A program made the position numbers and the translations under genes. Positions 38,632 through 47,708 of a stretch of DNA of 64,000 nt are shown piece by piece. The DNA comes from a bacterium (GTDB lineage Bacteria > Babelota > Babeliae > Babelales > GCA-2401785): assembly GCA_023249975.1 (NCBI GenBank), contig JAHFBP010000004.1, positions 4,094-68,093 of the forward strand. Reading direction: 5' to 3'. A model generated the notes under the pieces. That model was not told the DNA's origin. It made no database searches and saw nothing but the letters and a program-made list of their open reading frames with translations. Within the stretch, counting starts at the first letter, position 1, and every line of letters starts with the position of its first letter.

Positions 38632-39789
38632 ATGAATAATAATGTGCTTATGCATTTGTCGCTCATTTCTCACATTGGGCCTGGAACTATTTTTAAAATT
38701 ATCAATGCACTCTGCCCAACGGCATTTGCGGTGTGGCGGAGTGGTTCGACTGATATTGATCATGTTCATGTAAAAAGTGTTTTGCTTGAGCTGTACAATT
38801 TTACGCCGTCAGACTTTGTTACTCAATGCGGCTTGAGCGTTGCGACAGCTCAAAAGTGCCATGATGCTCTGCTGGATACTGATCTTCTCGATCAGGAACT
38901 TGGTCTTGCGATTAAAAACAATGTACAGATAGCAATCTTGTTTGATGATGCATATCCGTATCTTTTGCGTCAAATTAACATTCCCCCTGCCGTTATTTAT
39001 TATCGTGGGCAATTAAATTGGATTGATCCCAGCAAATCATTGGCAATTGTCGGATCGCGCCAAGCCACACGATATTCCGTACGCGTTATTGACCACATTG
39101 TTCCTGATTTGATTGCATCAGGATGGAGCATAGTTAGTGGTGGGGCCACCGGGGTGGATACTTTTGCTCACGAAAAAGTGCTGCAATTAGGTGGGCATAC
39201 TGTTGCGGTGCTTGGATGCGGCTTACTGCAAAATAATAAAAAAATATTTACAGACATTGTTGCAAGGGGCGGTGCAGTGGTTTCACCATTTCCCCTCACC
39301 TTTCCCGCATCTCAAACAACTTTTCCGGCGCGCAACAGAATTATTGCGGGATTGTCCGTAGGAACTTTGGTTATTGAAGCTCCGCAAGAGAGTGGAGCAT
39401 TGATTACGGCCAAATATGCGCTTGATGAAAACAGGCATGTATATGCGGTTCCTGGGCCCATAGACGATTATTTGAGCCAGGGGTCCCACAATTTGATTCG
39501 ATCTGGTGCAATGCTGGTGAGTAATGCTACGCAGATTTTGGAAGATTTGGGATATCGCGTTGAACAGCATGAACAAGCCATTGAGTATGAGAATAAATTA
39601 CCCAAAATTATTATCCAAGAAAACGATGAGAATGCTGATTTGTTCAGGGTTCTTGATCGTGCACGACCACTTGAAGATATTGCACAATTGATTAATTGTT
39701 CACCACAAGATGCTCTTGATCAGCTTTTTGGGTTGCAGCTTGAAGGTAAGGTGAGTCAAACCTTTGCGGGCTTGTGGGAGCGGCAATAG
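38632..39789 (+). CDS. dprA: DNA processing protein DprA
   Basis: LAIVGSRQATRY...SGGATGVDTFAHE...FPARNRIIAGLS. Confidence 0.9.
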   Translation: MNNNVLMHLSLISHIGPGTIFKIINALCPTAFAVWRSGSTDIDHVHVKSVLLELYNFTPSDFVTQCGLSVATAQKCHDALLDTDLLDQELGLAIKNNVQIAILFDDAYPYLLRQINIPPAVIYYRGQLNWIDPSKSLAIVGSRQATRYSVRVIDHIVPDLIASGWSIVSGGATGVDTFAHEKVLQLGGHTVAVLGCGLLQNNKKIFTDIVARGGAVVSPFPLTFPASQTTFPARNRIIAGLSVGTLVIEAPQESGALITAKYALDENRHVYAVPGPIDDYLSQGSHNLIRSGAMLVSNATQILEDLGYRVEQHEQAIEYENKLPKIIIQENDENADLFRVLDRARPLEDIAQLINCSPQDALDQLFGLQLEGKVSQTFAGLWERQ

Positions 39790-39907
39790 CGTGATTTTGT
39801 TTTTACAAGAGGGTTTTTTTCTGGTTAACTAAAGAGCAGATAGTCAGCGAGTATTGGCTTTGTGTCTTTTGAGTTTAAGCATGAAGTGTCCATTGAAAAG
39901 GTTTATT

Positions 39908-40396
39908 ATGAAAAAGAAATTATTAATGAGTTTTGTGTTCTATGCTTTGTCGGTCAATGCGTGTGATCTTCATGACCATGATCATAATCATGATTCTGAA
40001 GTTTCCAAAGATGTAAGTGAAGCATCCAATACATTTATGTTTACAGCAGAAGAAGACGGTTGCACAGAAGTTGCAGCGAATTCAGAATTTGATGAAGCAG
40101 ATGAAAAAGTTGAACATGATTCTGGCGACATTGCAAAATCAGATGAAATTCAGTTGGCAAAGTTGTTTGAAGTAGACGGTGACGAGGATTCGACTGAATT
40201 TGATTCAGCAGAGTTTGATGCGGCACTTGAAGAAATGATGACTCCTGAAGTTCAAGCTCAAATGGAGCAGGTTTTCAGTTCAGAAGAATTTCAACAAGAG
40301 TTTGCCAAATTTTTGGAATCTCCTGAAATGCAAGCACAAATGGCAGAAGCTCTTTTGAGCGAAGAAAATGCTGATTTGGCTGTAGCTGCTGCATAA
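39908..40396 (+). CDS. secreted highly acidic protein with His/Asp cluster
   Basis: MKKKLLMSFVFYALSVNA signal peptide, CDLHDHDHNHD, and repeated PE(V/M)QAQM motifs. Confidence 0.55.
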   Translation: MKKKLLMSFVFYALSVNACDLHDHDHNHDSEVSKDVSEASNTFMFTAEEDGCTEVAANSEFDEADEKVEHDSGDIAKSDEIQLAKLFEVDGDEDSTEFDSAEFDAALEEMMTPEVQAQMEQVFSSEEFQQEFAKFLESPEMQAQMAEALLSEENADLAVAAA

Positions 40397-40426
40397 AAAA
40401 GAAAATAATTCTGCTTTATTTTATTT

Positions 40427-40966
40427 TTGAGATGCCAATTGTATATGCTGGAGGTTAGGTCCTCTTGTGCATCCATACGTTGCGGAAGGGCTTTCATGAG
40501 TGTTAATCTTTCCATATCTTTTGAGTTGGTGTGTCTGATGGGGTGGCTTGTGCGTCGTGAGCGCAAAGCGCTGAATGGACTAGTTCGCAAGGCGTTAGCC
40601 TCAGGGCTTGCTAAAGAACTTGAAAATTCAGATGCCGACTCTGAGTCGTTCAAAAACATTAACGAGCAAACTCCAACCATTGTTTCAGATTTTTTTTCGC
40701 GACTTGAATCAATGGTTTACGAGGAGCTTGATCGTGAGGATGGCGATTCTGCCGTAATTCACGAAAAGCTTGGCACAATTGTTAAAAAAATTGATCATGA
40801 ATTTACTGATGAAAGAGCATTGTTTCTCAGCCTCAAGCAATTATATGCTGATCACAAAAAGCAGGGGGATGATGCACTGGACAGTCCTGTTCCAGAGTTG
40901 GAAGATGAACTGTTAAAGGTTTTTCTGAAAAACTGGAAACCAGATCAGCATGATCAGCGGAATTAG
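40427..40966 (+). CDS. hypothetical protein (start uncertain)
   Basis: 179-aa ORF with one hydrophobic segment (ISFELVCLMGWLV). No recognisable motif. Confidence 0.45.
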   Translation: MRCQLYMLEVRSSCASIRCGRAFMSVNLSISFELVCLMGWLVRRERKALNGLVRKALASGLAKELENSDADSESFKNINEQTPTIVSDFFSRLESMVYEELDREDGDSAVIHEKLGTIVKKIDHEFTDERALFLSLKQLYADHKKQGDDALDSPVPELEDELLKVFLKNWKPDQHDQRN

Positions 40967-40992
40967 CACATATTATTTTTGCTGATAAATTT

Positions 40993-41031
40993 AATGGCGT
41001 GGGGTTGTAAAAATTCCCACGCCATTTTTTT
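40993..41031. terminator. bidirectional rho-independent terminator
   Basis: AATGGCGTGGG-12 nt-CCCACGCCATT is an 11-bp perfect stem followed by T7, between convergent genes. Confidence 0.8.
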
Positions 41032-41035
41032 AATT

Positions 41036-42826
41036 TCAAGTTAATTCCTCCGGCAAAAATCCGCCAACCTGTGCATTCCACAATGTTCTGTACAGTCCAT
41101 CTTGGCCCAAAAGTTGGTTGTGGGTACCGTCTTGCATAATTTTCCCCTGATCAAATACAAGAATACGATCCATGTTGAGTAATGTGGAGAGCCGATGAGC
41201 AATTACAATAGTGGTTTTTCCTTGCATCGATTCCCACAGGCTATCTTGAATATATTTTTCAGTGACTGAGTCCAGTTGTGATGTTGCTTCATCTAAAATT
41301 AAAATTGGTGCATTTTTCAAAATAGCACGAGCAATGGCAATTCTTTGTCGTTGTCCCCCCGAGAGTTTGATGCCGCGTTCTCCCACCAATGAGCTGTAGC
41401 CTTGTGGTAATGAACTAATAAATTTATGGGCACCAGCTTTTTTGGCAGCTTCAATGACTTCTTCATCGGTTGCGCCATGTTTTCCGTAGCGAATGTTTTC
41501 CATCAAAGTGCGATGAAACAGTGACGGATCTTGAGGGATGGTCGCAATTGCAAGGTGCAGACTATCTTGAGTGACATCACGAATATCTTGATCATCAATG
41601 AGAATGTGGCCGCCTGTTACATCGTAGAGCCTGAGGATCAGGTTGATGAAGGTTGTTTTTCCGCCACCGGAATAGCCGACAAGCCCGACTTTTTGACCAG
41701 CTTGAATGGTTACAGAAAGATTGCTGAATAAGTTAGGCGTTTCTGGGTAGTGAAAATTCACACGATCAAAAGTGATGTTTCCACGTGAAACAGCCAGCTG
41801 AGTGGCATTTTTGCTATCTTCAAGTTGCGCAGGTTCCAATATGGTTTGCAGGGCCTGGGCGATGCGGCCATACAATGTTGTAAATCGGACAACTTCAAAG
41901 GCAACCCACCAAATGTATTCAAAAAATGAAAAATTAATGGTCAGAACCAGCGCAAAGTCCCCAACCGTTATCCATCCTTCTTGTCGCCCTTTGCAGAGAA
42001 AATAAAAATTGAGAATTTGAAGGGTAATGATGGCCGCGCCGTACCAGAGCCAGACCCATAGATATGACCACTGAAGTTCTTGTTCAGCTTTAGTCGCGTT
42101 ACCAACGGTTTGGGCGAATGATTGTTTTTCTGAAGTGTGGGCCGAAAATAATCGAACTGATAAGATATTCGAGAGAATGTCGACAATTTTTCCCGTAACG
42201 CTCGATCCCGTTTCTGCCCAAAACCCAGCAAGATGGGTAAGTTGTTTTCTCGAATAAAGAATGACGCCAATGCAAACAATGTTCCATGCTAACATACACA
42301 GGGCGAACCATATATTTACGTACCACAATGTTATGATGGCAATGATGGTGGTGAGCAAATGAGCAAAAAAACGATCAATTACAATTCGTATGAGGTCGGA
42401 GGTACACCCCATCAAGTCGGCAACTTTATTGGATAGGCTTCCAGAAAAAGTATCCTGAAAAAACATATGACTTTTATTCAAAAGTGTTTCGAGACAATTG
42501 TTGGCGATTGTTGCACGCAACTGGGGAATCATTTGAATTTCAACCAAATAATTATAAAGACGGTATGTCGCAGTTTGGAGGATGCATATTCCCAGATATG
42601 CCAAAATAGGGACTGCAAGATAGCTAAAAACCGCACTTTGTGACCCTTGAGAAACTCGATCAAGAATGATTTTGAGTAAGTAGGGATTGACTGATGCGCT
42701 CGTTGCAAAGGCAATCACGCATAAAAACATGCTGAAAATTGCGCCAGGAAAAGGCTTTATGGCATTGAAAAGATATGACCATACCTGGTATGACGATACC
42801 TGTCGTGTCGTAATTTGAGTGTTCAT
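41036..42826 (-). CDS. ABC transporter, fused permease/ATPase (MsbA/multidrug exporter-like)
   Basis: Six-TM N-terminal half. Walker A GYSGGGKTT, signature LSGGQRQR, Walker B ILILDEATS. Confidence 0.9.
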   Translation of the reverse strand: MNTQITTRQVSSYQVWSYLFNAIKPFPGAIFSMFLCVIAFATSASVNPYLLKIILDRVSQGSQSAVFSYLAVPILAYLGICILQTATYRLYNYLVEIQMIPQLRATIANNCLETLLNKSHMFFQDTFSGSLSNKVADLMGCTSDLIRIVIDRFFAHLLTTIIAIITLWYVNIWFALCMLAWNIVCIGVILYSRKQLTHLAGFWAETGSSVTGKIVDILSNILSVRLFSAHTSEKQSFAQTVGNATKAEQELQWSYLWVWLWYGAAIITLQILNFYFLCKGRQEGWITVGDFALVLTINFSFFEYIWWVAFEVVRFTTLYGRIAQALQTILEPAQLEDSKNATQLAVSRGNITFDRVNFHYPETPNLFSNLSVTIQAGQKVGLVGYSGGGKTTFINLILRLYDVTGGHILIDDQDIRDVTQDSLHLAIATIPQDPSLFHRTLMENIRYGKHGATDEEVIEAAKKAGAHKFISSLPQGYSSLVGERGIKLSGGQRQRIAIARAILKNAPILILDEATSQLDSVTEKYIQDSLWESMQGKTTIVIAHRLSTLLNMDRILVFDQGKIMQDGTHNQLLGQDGLYRTLWNAQVGGFLPEELT

Positions 42827-43437
42827 ATTTTTCCTAATTCTAACTTCAATTCATAGATGGGCAGACCGATAACATTGGTATATGAGCCATTAATATAACT
42901 GACAAATTGTGCGCCAAAACCTTCGATAGTTGCTCCACTTGCAACGTTGAGAGCAAATGGCACATTCTCAAAATATGAGGCGATCATATTCTCGGCAACT
43001 TTATAGCCAAAGGTCGTTGAGCTGTACCAATCAGATTGTTTGGTCACACTCCAGTCACCTTTCTGGCTTTCGTATAATCTCAAGCAACACCCTGTGACCA
43101 CTTGGCCGTCTTCATCGCGTAATAATTGCAGATATTTGGCCAAAGTTTGGCGGTCGCCCGGCTTGCCCAAAATAGTGTGACTTTTTTGTGTTCTGACTAA
43201 GGTGTCAGCAGTTAAAACTGCAATTTTTGTACCTTCTTTCTCCACCGGCGGGAGAATAATGAACTTCATTTTTTCCTGGGCAATGCCCATTACGGTTTCT
43301 TCAAAACTGTTTTTTGGCTCACATGTTTCTTCGTGAGGATTGAGTTTGAGCAGTTGGTATTCAATTTTTGCCTCATCAAGCAATTGTTTACGGCCTGCCG
43401 AGGTGGAAGCAAGGTATAGTGTTGGATATAAGAGCAT
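42823..43437 (-). CDS. maf: Maf-like nucleoside triphosphate pyrophosphatase
   Basis: LYLASTSAGRKQLL N-terminus and C-terminal NVIGLPI. ATGA overlap with the ABC gene. Confidence 0.85.
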   Translation of the reverse strand: MLLYPTLYLASTSAGRKQLLDEAKIEYQLLKLNPHEETCEPKNSFEETVMGIAQEKMKFIILPPVEKEGTKIAVLTADTLVRTQKSHTILGKPGDRQTLAKYLQLLRDEDGQVVTGCCLRLYESQKGDWSVTKQSDWYSSTTFGYKVAENMIASYFENVPFALNVASGATIEGFGAQFVSYINGSYTNVIGLPIYELKLELGKI

Positions 43438-43547
43438 TTTTATACGATTCAGATAAACTAATTTCCGATATGATTATTAACAAAAGTTTATCATACTTTT
43501 CCTAAATGAGGATTTTTCGGCATGGAAAAGTTGATGTTTAGGATAGT

Positions 43548-44108
43548 ATGCTGAATAAATTATTATGTATGTGTGTCTGTTTGGTTTCATCAGTTGCTTA
43601 TACCATGACGGCGGATGAAATGCAGAATTTCCCTTATCTGATACAGAACGCAAGAGTGCTTGAACATGCCAGACAGCAGAGACTTGCATCAATTACAGAT
43701 TTTTCTCAAAAATTATTCTTGAGTTTTTTTACAGAGACTGACCCATTGTGTTTGCTTGAATCAGAAACAGAAATGGGATTGAGCTCTCAGGTATGTGATC
43801 ATCTACATAATGTTACCTTGAAAGCTTTTCATGAAATTGCGTGGGAGGTGGAAAAAAAAGAGCATGGATGGCGTTTGCCGATGGACGGTATTAATGAAAT
43901 ACTGCAGCAAGTTTTACATATCTTTAGGCTGTATTTGGCGAAAAATCCAGGAGAGCGTGATGTGGTAAAAATGTATATAGCTCATCTTTTTACCGCTGAA
44001 CAAGCGAGTAAACATAGTAATTTTTATTGTGCGAATTTGTTAAAGGGATTATACAAGGGCTTGGAGCAAGAATTAGTCCCGTCTGCTTTGTTTTGTACAA
44101 TTTTGTAG
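43548..44108 (+). CDS. hypothetical protein ending in a CaaX-type box (CTIL)
   Basis: N-terminal MLNKLLCMCVCLVSSVAYT. The last codons are gct ttg ttt tgt aca att ttg tag, which read ALFCTIL and stop. Confidence 0.6.
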   Translation: MLNKLLCMCVCLVSSVAYTMTADEMQNFPYLIQNARVLEHARQQRLASITDFSQKLFLSFFTETDPLCLLESETEMGLSSQVCDHLHNVTLKAFHEIAWEVEKKEHGWRLPMDGINEILQQVLHIFRLYLAKNPGERDVVKMYIAHLFTAEQASKHSNFYCANLLKGLYKGLEQELVPSALFCTIL

Positions 44109-44204
44109 CTTTGTGAAATAGATAAAAAAGATTTCACTTGTTTTATAACTTGGACAGCATATTATGCTGGGAACTTCAAAGAGTGTTCTTTTTGGAGATT
44201 GAGC

Positions 44205-45182
44205 ATGAAATTTAAAGTTGCTATCTTCTCAATGATCATTGCGATTCAGAGTTTGCCATTACACACAGGAGCACTTCTTTCATGTTTTGGTAGGGAGAAT
44301 AAAGCCAAGGCCCCCCTCGAAGAAGTTCTCTTTTGCGACAATATTTTCGTTATGGGGGCTCATTCAGACTATCCTCAGCGAATTCCTGTAAAAATGCAGC
44401 AACAGCCGTGGGCGGTTGAACATCGCACGTATCGTCCATCAGTTTACCCTGAGGGGTGCATGGACAATACAAGTATTGAATATCCCCAAAACCCTATGGG
44501 ACGGACAGGTCTTGCGGGTAAAGGGGTTTTTGAAAATTGGGGCGTCAATCGGGATTTTATTGTGGTGGTTTTTAACCATGGCAAGACGGGAAATATACAA
44601 GTTTTGTCTTTGAGGCTACCGGGAACGGGGTCCTATGTGTTGCCTTCGGGTGCATCACTGGGGGAATATCGCGATCCTAGTTTAGTGGTGAAGGCTGCGG
44701 TCACCATGTTATTGGGATTAGTGCCCCAGAATCCCAGCGATATGAATATGCTGACCAACAATTTTTGGGAGTATGAATATTTTGCAGATTCTCGCAACAC
44801 TGACAATGCATGGGTGGAAGCATGCATTGTGTTTTATGAAATTGAAATTGATGAAACTGAAATATCAGGATTTATCAATGGCCTTGAGCCTCGGTGGCTT
44901 GATGCGCATCAAGAATTATTTTTGTTAAAACATAATTATGCAGAGCTTGTTCGTTTTGTGAGTCGCAAAACGCGTATTATGGCTTTGCAGGGACAATTGA
45001 GTCAGGACCTTGAAGGTTTGTTCAATGATGCAGCAGACGAGGATGAAGGTGAAATTACGCCACGTGATGCAATTTCAAAAAAGAAATCCCCAATGAAATC
45101 TAGACCAATTCCTATTCCAACGCCTCGGGATGAAGTAACTTATATTTTTTTTCATCGGGGATTAGGATCAAGCAAAAAATAG
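44205..45182 (+). CDS. secreted NUDT9-homology (ADP-ribose pyrophosphatase-like) protein with degenerate Nudix box
   Basis: NPMGRTGLAGKGVFENWGVN and ADSRNTDNAWVEACIVFYE parallel NUDT9 [20 protein letters not shown] and DDPRNTDNAWMETEAVNYH. The REFGEE position reads KAAVTM. Signal-like MKFKVAIFSMIIAIQS and a basic C-terminal tail. Confidence 0.65.
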   Translation: MKFKVAIFSMIIAIQSLPLHTGALLSCFGRENKAKAPLEEVLFCDNIFVMGAHSDYPQRIPVKMQQQPWAVEHRTYRPSVYPEGCMDNTSIEYPQNPMGRTGLAGKGVFENWGVNRDFIVVVFNHGKTGNIQVLSLRLPGTGSYVLPSGASLGEYRDPSLVVKAAVTMLLGLVPQNPSDMNMLTNNFWEYEYFADSRNTDNAWVEACIVFYEIEIDETEISGFINGLEPRWLDAHQELFLLKHNYAELVRFVSRKTRIMALQGQLSQDLEGLFNDAADEDEGEITPRDAISKKKSPMKSRPIPIPTPRDEVTYIFFHRGLGSSKK

Positions 45183-45184
45183 AG

Positions 45185-46057
45185 CTATAAATTTTCATGA
45201 CGACCAATTCCTGCCATTTTGCGAAGTCGTGCAATTCTTTCCTTTAATGGGGGATGAGTTGAAAACCAGCTCCATACGCCATCAGTTGAAAATGGATAAA
45301 CAATGAACAAACTGGCTGTTGAGGCTTGAGCATACGAATCAGGGTGATACTTGGTTTTTGAAGAACCTTCAAGTTTTTCAAGTGCTGAGGCAAGAGCAAG
45401 TGGATCGTGACAGGTGTCGGCGCCACACTCATCGGCCAAATATTCACGTGAGCGTGAAATAGCCAATTGAATGAGCATGGCCATAAAGGGGACGAGCAAT
45501 AGGGCGATAATGGTGCCCCATCCACCATCTTCATTATTGCGGCGACGGCCACCAAAGATCATTGACCAGCGCATCCAGTCAGCCAAATAAGCAATGGCAG
45601 CTGCAATGGTGGCAGCAATGGTTCCGACTAAAATGTCGCGATTTTTAACATGAGAAAGTTCATGTGCCAATACACCACGCAATTCATGCGCATCAAGTAA
45701 TTTCATAATCCCTGTGGTGACAGCAACAGAAGCATTTTCAGGATTGCGACCGGTTGCAAAAGCATTGGGTGTATCCATATTGAGTAGCCACAGTTTGGGC
45801 ATCGGCATGCGAGATTGTAACGCCAATTCTTCAACGATATTGTAAACTTCAGGGTATTTTTGTGCATCAAGAGGTTGTGCGCCATACATTTTTAGAACTA
45901 ATTTGTCTGAGTAAAAATATGTAAAAAAGTTCATGGCACAGGCAAGTACGAGCGCAATAATGAGACCTTGTTCTCCGCCAAAAGCATGTCCCATGAAGAG
46001 TAAGAGTGCGGCAAGTGAACCAAGAAGAAAGGCGGTCTTTATGTAATTTCCAAACAT
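45185..46057 (-). CDS. htpX: membrane zinc metalloprotease HtpX
   Basis: HELSHV zinc motif, four hydrophobic segments, C-terminal THPPLKERI. Confidence 0.92.
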   Translation of the reverse strand: MFGNYIKTAFLLGSLAALLLFMGHAFGGEQGLIIALVLACAMNFFTYFYSDKLVLKMYGAQPLDAQKYPEVYNIVEELALQSRMPMPKLWLLNMDTPNAFATGRNPENASVAVTTGIMKLLDAHELRGVLAHELSHVKNRDILVGTIAATIAAAIAYLADWMRWSMIFGGRRRNNEDGGWGTIIALLLVPFMAMLIQLAISRSREYLADECGADTCHDPLALASALEKLEGSSKTKYHPDSYAQASTASLFIVYPFSTDGVWSWFSTHPPLKERIARLRKMAGIGRHENL

Positions 46058-46341
46058 GAGCTACTCCTCATTTTAAAAGAACTTTCATCGTCTTACTTAA
46101 AATGTAAACGTACATGCCTCAAGATGCAAGAGGAATATTCTTTTACCACTGAGTGTTTTTGGGAGCTGCATAATTAAGACCTTAGGCGAGGTGCCTGGAG
46201 ATGAAAAAAGGGTACATGCTGCCCGCCGTATGCATGTCCTTTGAAAAGTAGTTTTGCTGTGGGTCAAGATGAAGGGCGGTCTTTAAGGAGCTTCCAAGGG
46301 GGAATTACTTTTCATTGTGTAAAAATATGAAGCAAAAATTA

Positions 46342-46491
46342 TTACATGCCAGGCTTGCAACCATTGCCGCCTGAACATTTGCAGCTGCAGCAGCTCTTCA
46401 TGTAAAGTGCGTAGATTACAGCAACAGCCAAAACCGCTACCAAAATATTGCACGTCAAACACCAAGGGATAGTCATTCCGAGAAACATCAT
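46342..46491 (-). CDS. small membrane peptide, Cys-rich tail (49 aa), unlisted
   Basis: MMFLGMTIPWCLTCNILVAVLAVAVIYALYMKSCCSCKCSGGNGCKPGM. SD AAAAGGAG lies 6 nt upstream. The peptide has one TM helix. Confidence 0.6.
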   Translation of the reverse strand: MMFLGMTIPWCLTCNILVAVLAVAVIYALYMKSCCSCKCSGGNGCKPGM

Positions 46492-46526
46492 GCCAAACTC
46501 CTTTTATTTAAAAAATAAGAAAAACA

Positions 46527-46688
46527 CTATTTTTTATAAAAATCATCTTTTCGGCATCTGCAAAAACATTGGTATCTTTTGACCAAAACAATTTCAACAA
46601 TTCGCACCAGGCAATTTGCCAAGCAAATAATGGCAATGACGCTGATGATCGGGTGTTGATTAAGAAGAAGAGTAATTGTTTCGTTCAT
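46527..46688 (-). CDS. small membrane peptide, Cys/basic tail (53 aa), unlisted
   Basis: MNETITLLLNQHPIISVIAIICLANCLVRIVEIVLVKRYQCFCRCRKDDFYKK. Starts 21 nt after the preceding peptide stop. Weak SD (AGGAA). Confidence 0.55.
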   Translation of the reverse strand: MNETITLLLNQHPIISVIAIICLANCLVRIVEIVLVKRYQCFCRCRKDDFYKK

Positions 46689-46709
46689 GTTACATATTCC
46701 TAAAAAAAT

Positions 46710-46820
46710 TTACTTTTTACAAGTTGACATGTAGGTGCACCACAAAACCCAAGTTGCTCCAATTGCTCCTATGGCCGTGAGTATTGATTTGAGATTCACA
46801 ATATCACAAAGCACACCCAT
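46710..46820 (-). CDS. small membrane peptide (36 aa), unlisted
   Basis: MGVLCDIVNLKSILTAIGAIGATWVLWCTYMSTCKK. SD AAGGAG lies 7 nt upstream. Confidence 0.55.
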   Translation of the reverse strand: MGVLCDIVNLKSILTAIGAIGATWVLWCTYMSTCKK

Positions 46821-46936
46821 ATGCGTCTCCTTGAGTTGCTCATAGTTCAACGTTAGCTCTTATTATCAATGTTATTATCTTTATTCCGCATATTCTGGGC
46901 AATAGTTTTCTGCTCTTGTGTGCTGCAGGGGTAGCT

Positions 46937-47437
46937 TTAGAGGGAGTCTTCGTAGTCAATTTCCCAGTCAACGGTTTTTGAGCCATCATCTGATGAGTGT
47001 TGATCAACGTTTTTTCTGTCTTCATTGCTTGATCCAGGCTTTGCAAGGGTTTGCTCAGGGGCAGATTTATTTTTTTGGCGTATGTGTAAAAGTTGAGAAA
47101 CTTGGGATTCAACTTGTTGTTTGTATACCTCAGTTTCTGATTCAAGTTGGTCTTTGGTTTGGTCAAAAAGTTGATTAACCTCGCCTTGAAGTCGGGAGAT
47201 TTTTTTTTGTAACTTGAGAATCATTTCAACGCCGGCAAGATTGATGCCCATTTTGTGGGTCAGGTGAATTACTTGTTCAAGAGCATCAACGTCTTCTTCG
47301 GTAAATTGCCGTGTATTGCCAGCAGACCGTTGAGGCGTGATCAATCCCTGTTTTTCATACAAACGAATAGTTTGTTGGTGTACCCCAAACATTTGGGCAA
47401 CTACAGAAATTGAATACATACCTTTTTTACGTTTCAT
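46937..47437 (-). CDS. MerR-family (HspR-like) transcriptional regulator with coiled-coil C-terminus
   Basis: HTH YSISVVAQMFGVHQQTIRLYEKQGLITPQRSAGNTRQFTEEDV. The ATG at 47437 is preceded by GGGGAGGG. Confidence 0.8.
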   Translation of the reverse strand: MKRKKGMYSISVVAQMFGVHQQTIRLYEKQGLITPQRSAGNTRQFTEEDVDALEQVIHLTHKMGINLAGVEMILKLQKKISRLQGEVNQLFDQTKDQLESETEVYKQQVESQVSQLLHIRQKNKSAPEQTLAKPGSSNEDRKNVDQHSSDDGSKTVDWEIDYEDSL

Positions 47438-47511
47438 GCCAGGCCCTCCCCACAATCAATCGCACAGTTTTATAAAATTAACACGAGATATTTATGTCTA
47501 TGCCCACCACC

Positions 47512-47649
47512 CGCATGCCCTGAGTGTTTTGTGAAACAAAATGTATCGAAGGGTTCGGTATTGTACAACTTCAAACCCTTCGATACTATTTTTCTATGAA
47601 AAATCACTTCCTCCGTCGCTAAGGCTATGGCGGACAGGCAGGGCATGCG
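47512..47649. repeat. palindromic intergenic repeat, complete hairpin copy (short arm 47512-47553, long arm 47576-47649)
   Basis: CGCATGCCCTGAGTGTTTTGTGAAACAAAATGTATCGAAGGG, a 22-nt spacer, then CCCTTCGATACT...CACTTCCTCCGTCGCTAAGGCTATGGCGGACAGGCAGGGCATGCG. Confidence 0.9.
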
Positions 47650-47708
47650 GGTGGCGGGATATGTAAATTTCAATTATTTGTGCTTATCTTAGTTAAGTTA
47701 TGCTCAGA

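Noticed and set aside
46830-46850. HAIR-like HspR operator: a perfect half-site CTTGAGT overlapping the SD of the first small-peptide gene.
   Set aside because: The second half-site is poor (AGTTCAA or GTTCAAC against ACTCAAG), giving only a TTGA...TCAA core palindrome. No second copy was found upstream of the regulator or htpX, so the evidence is insufficient for a regulatory-site call.
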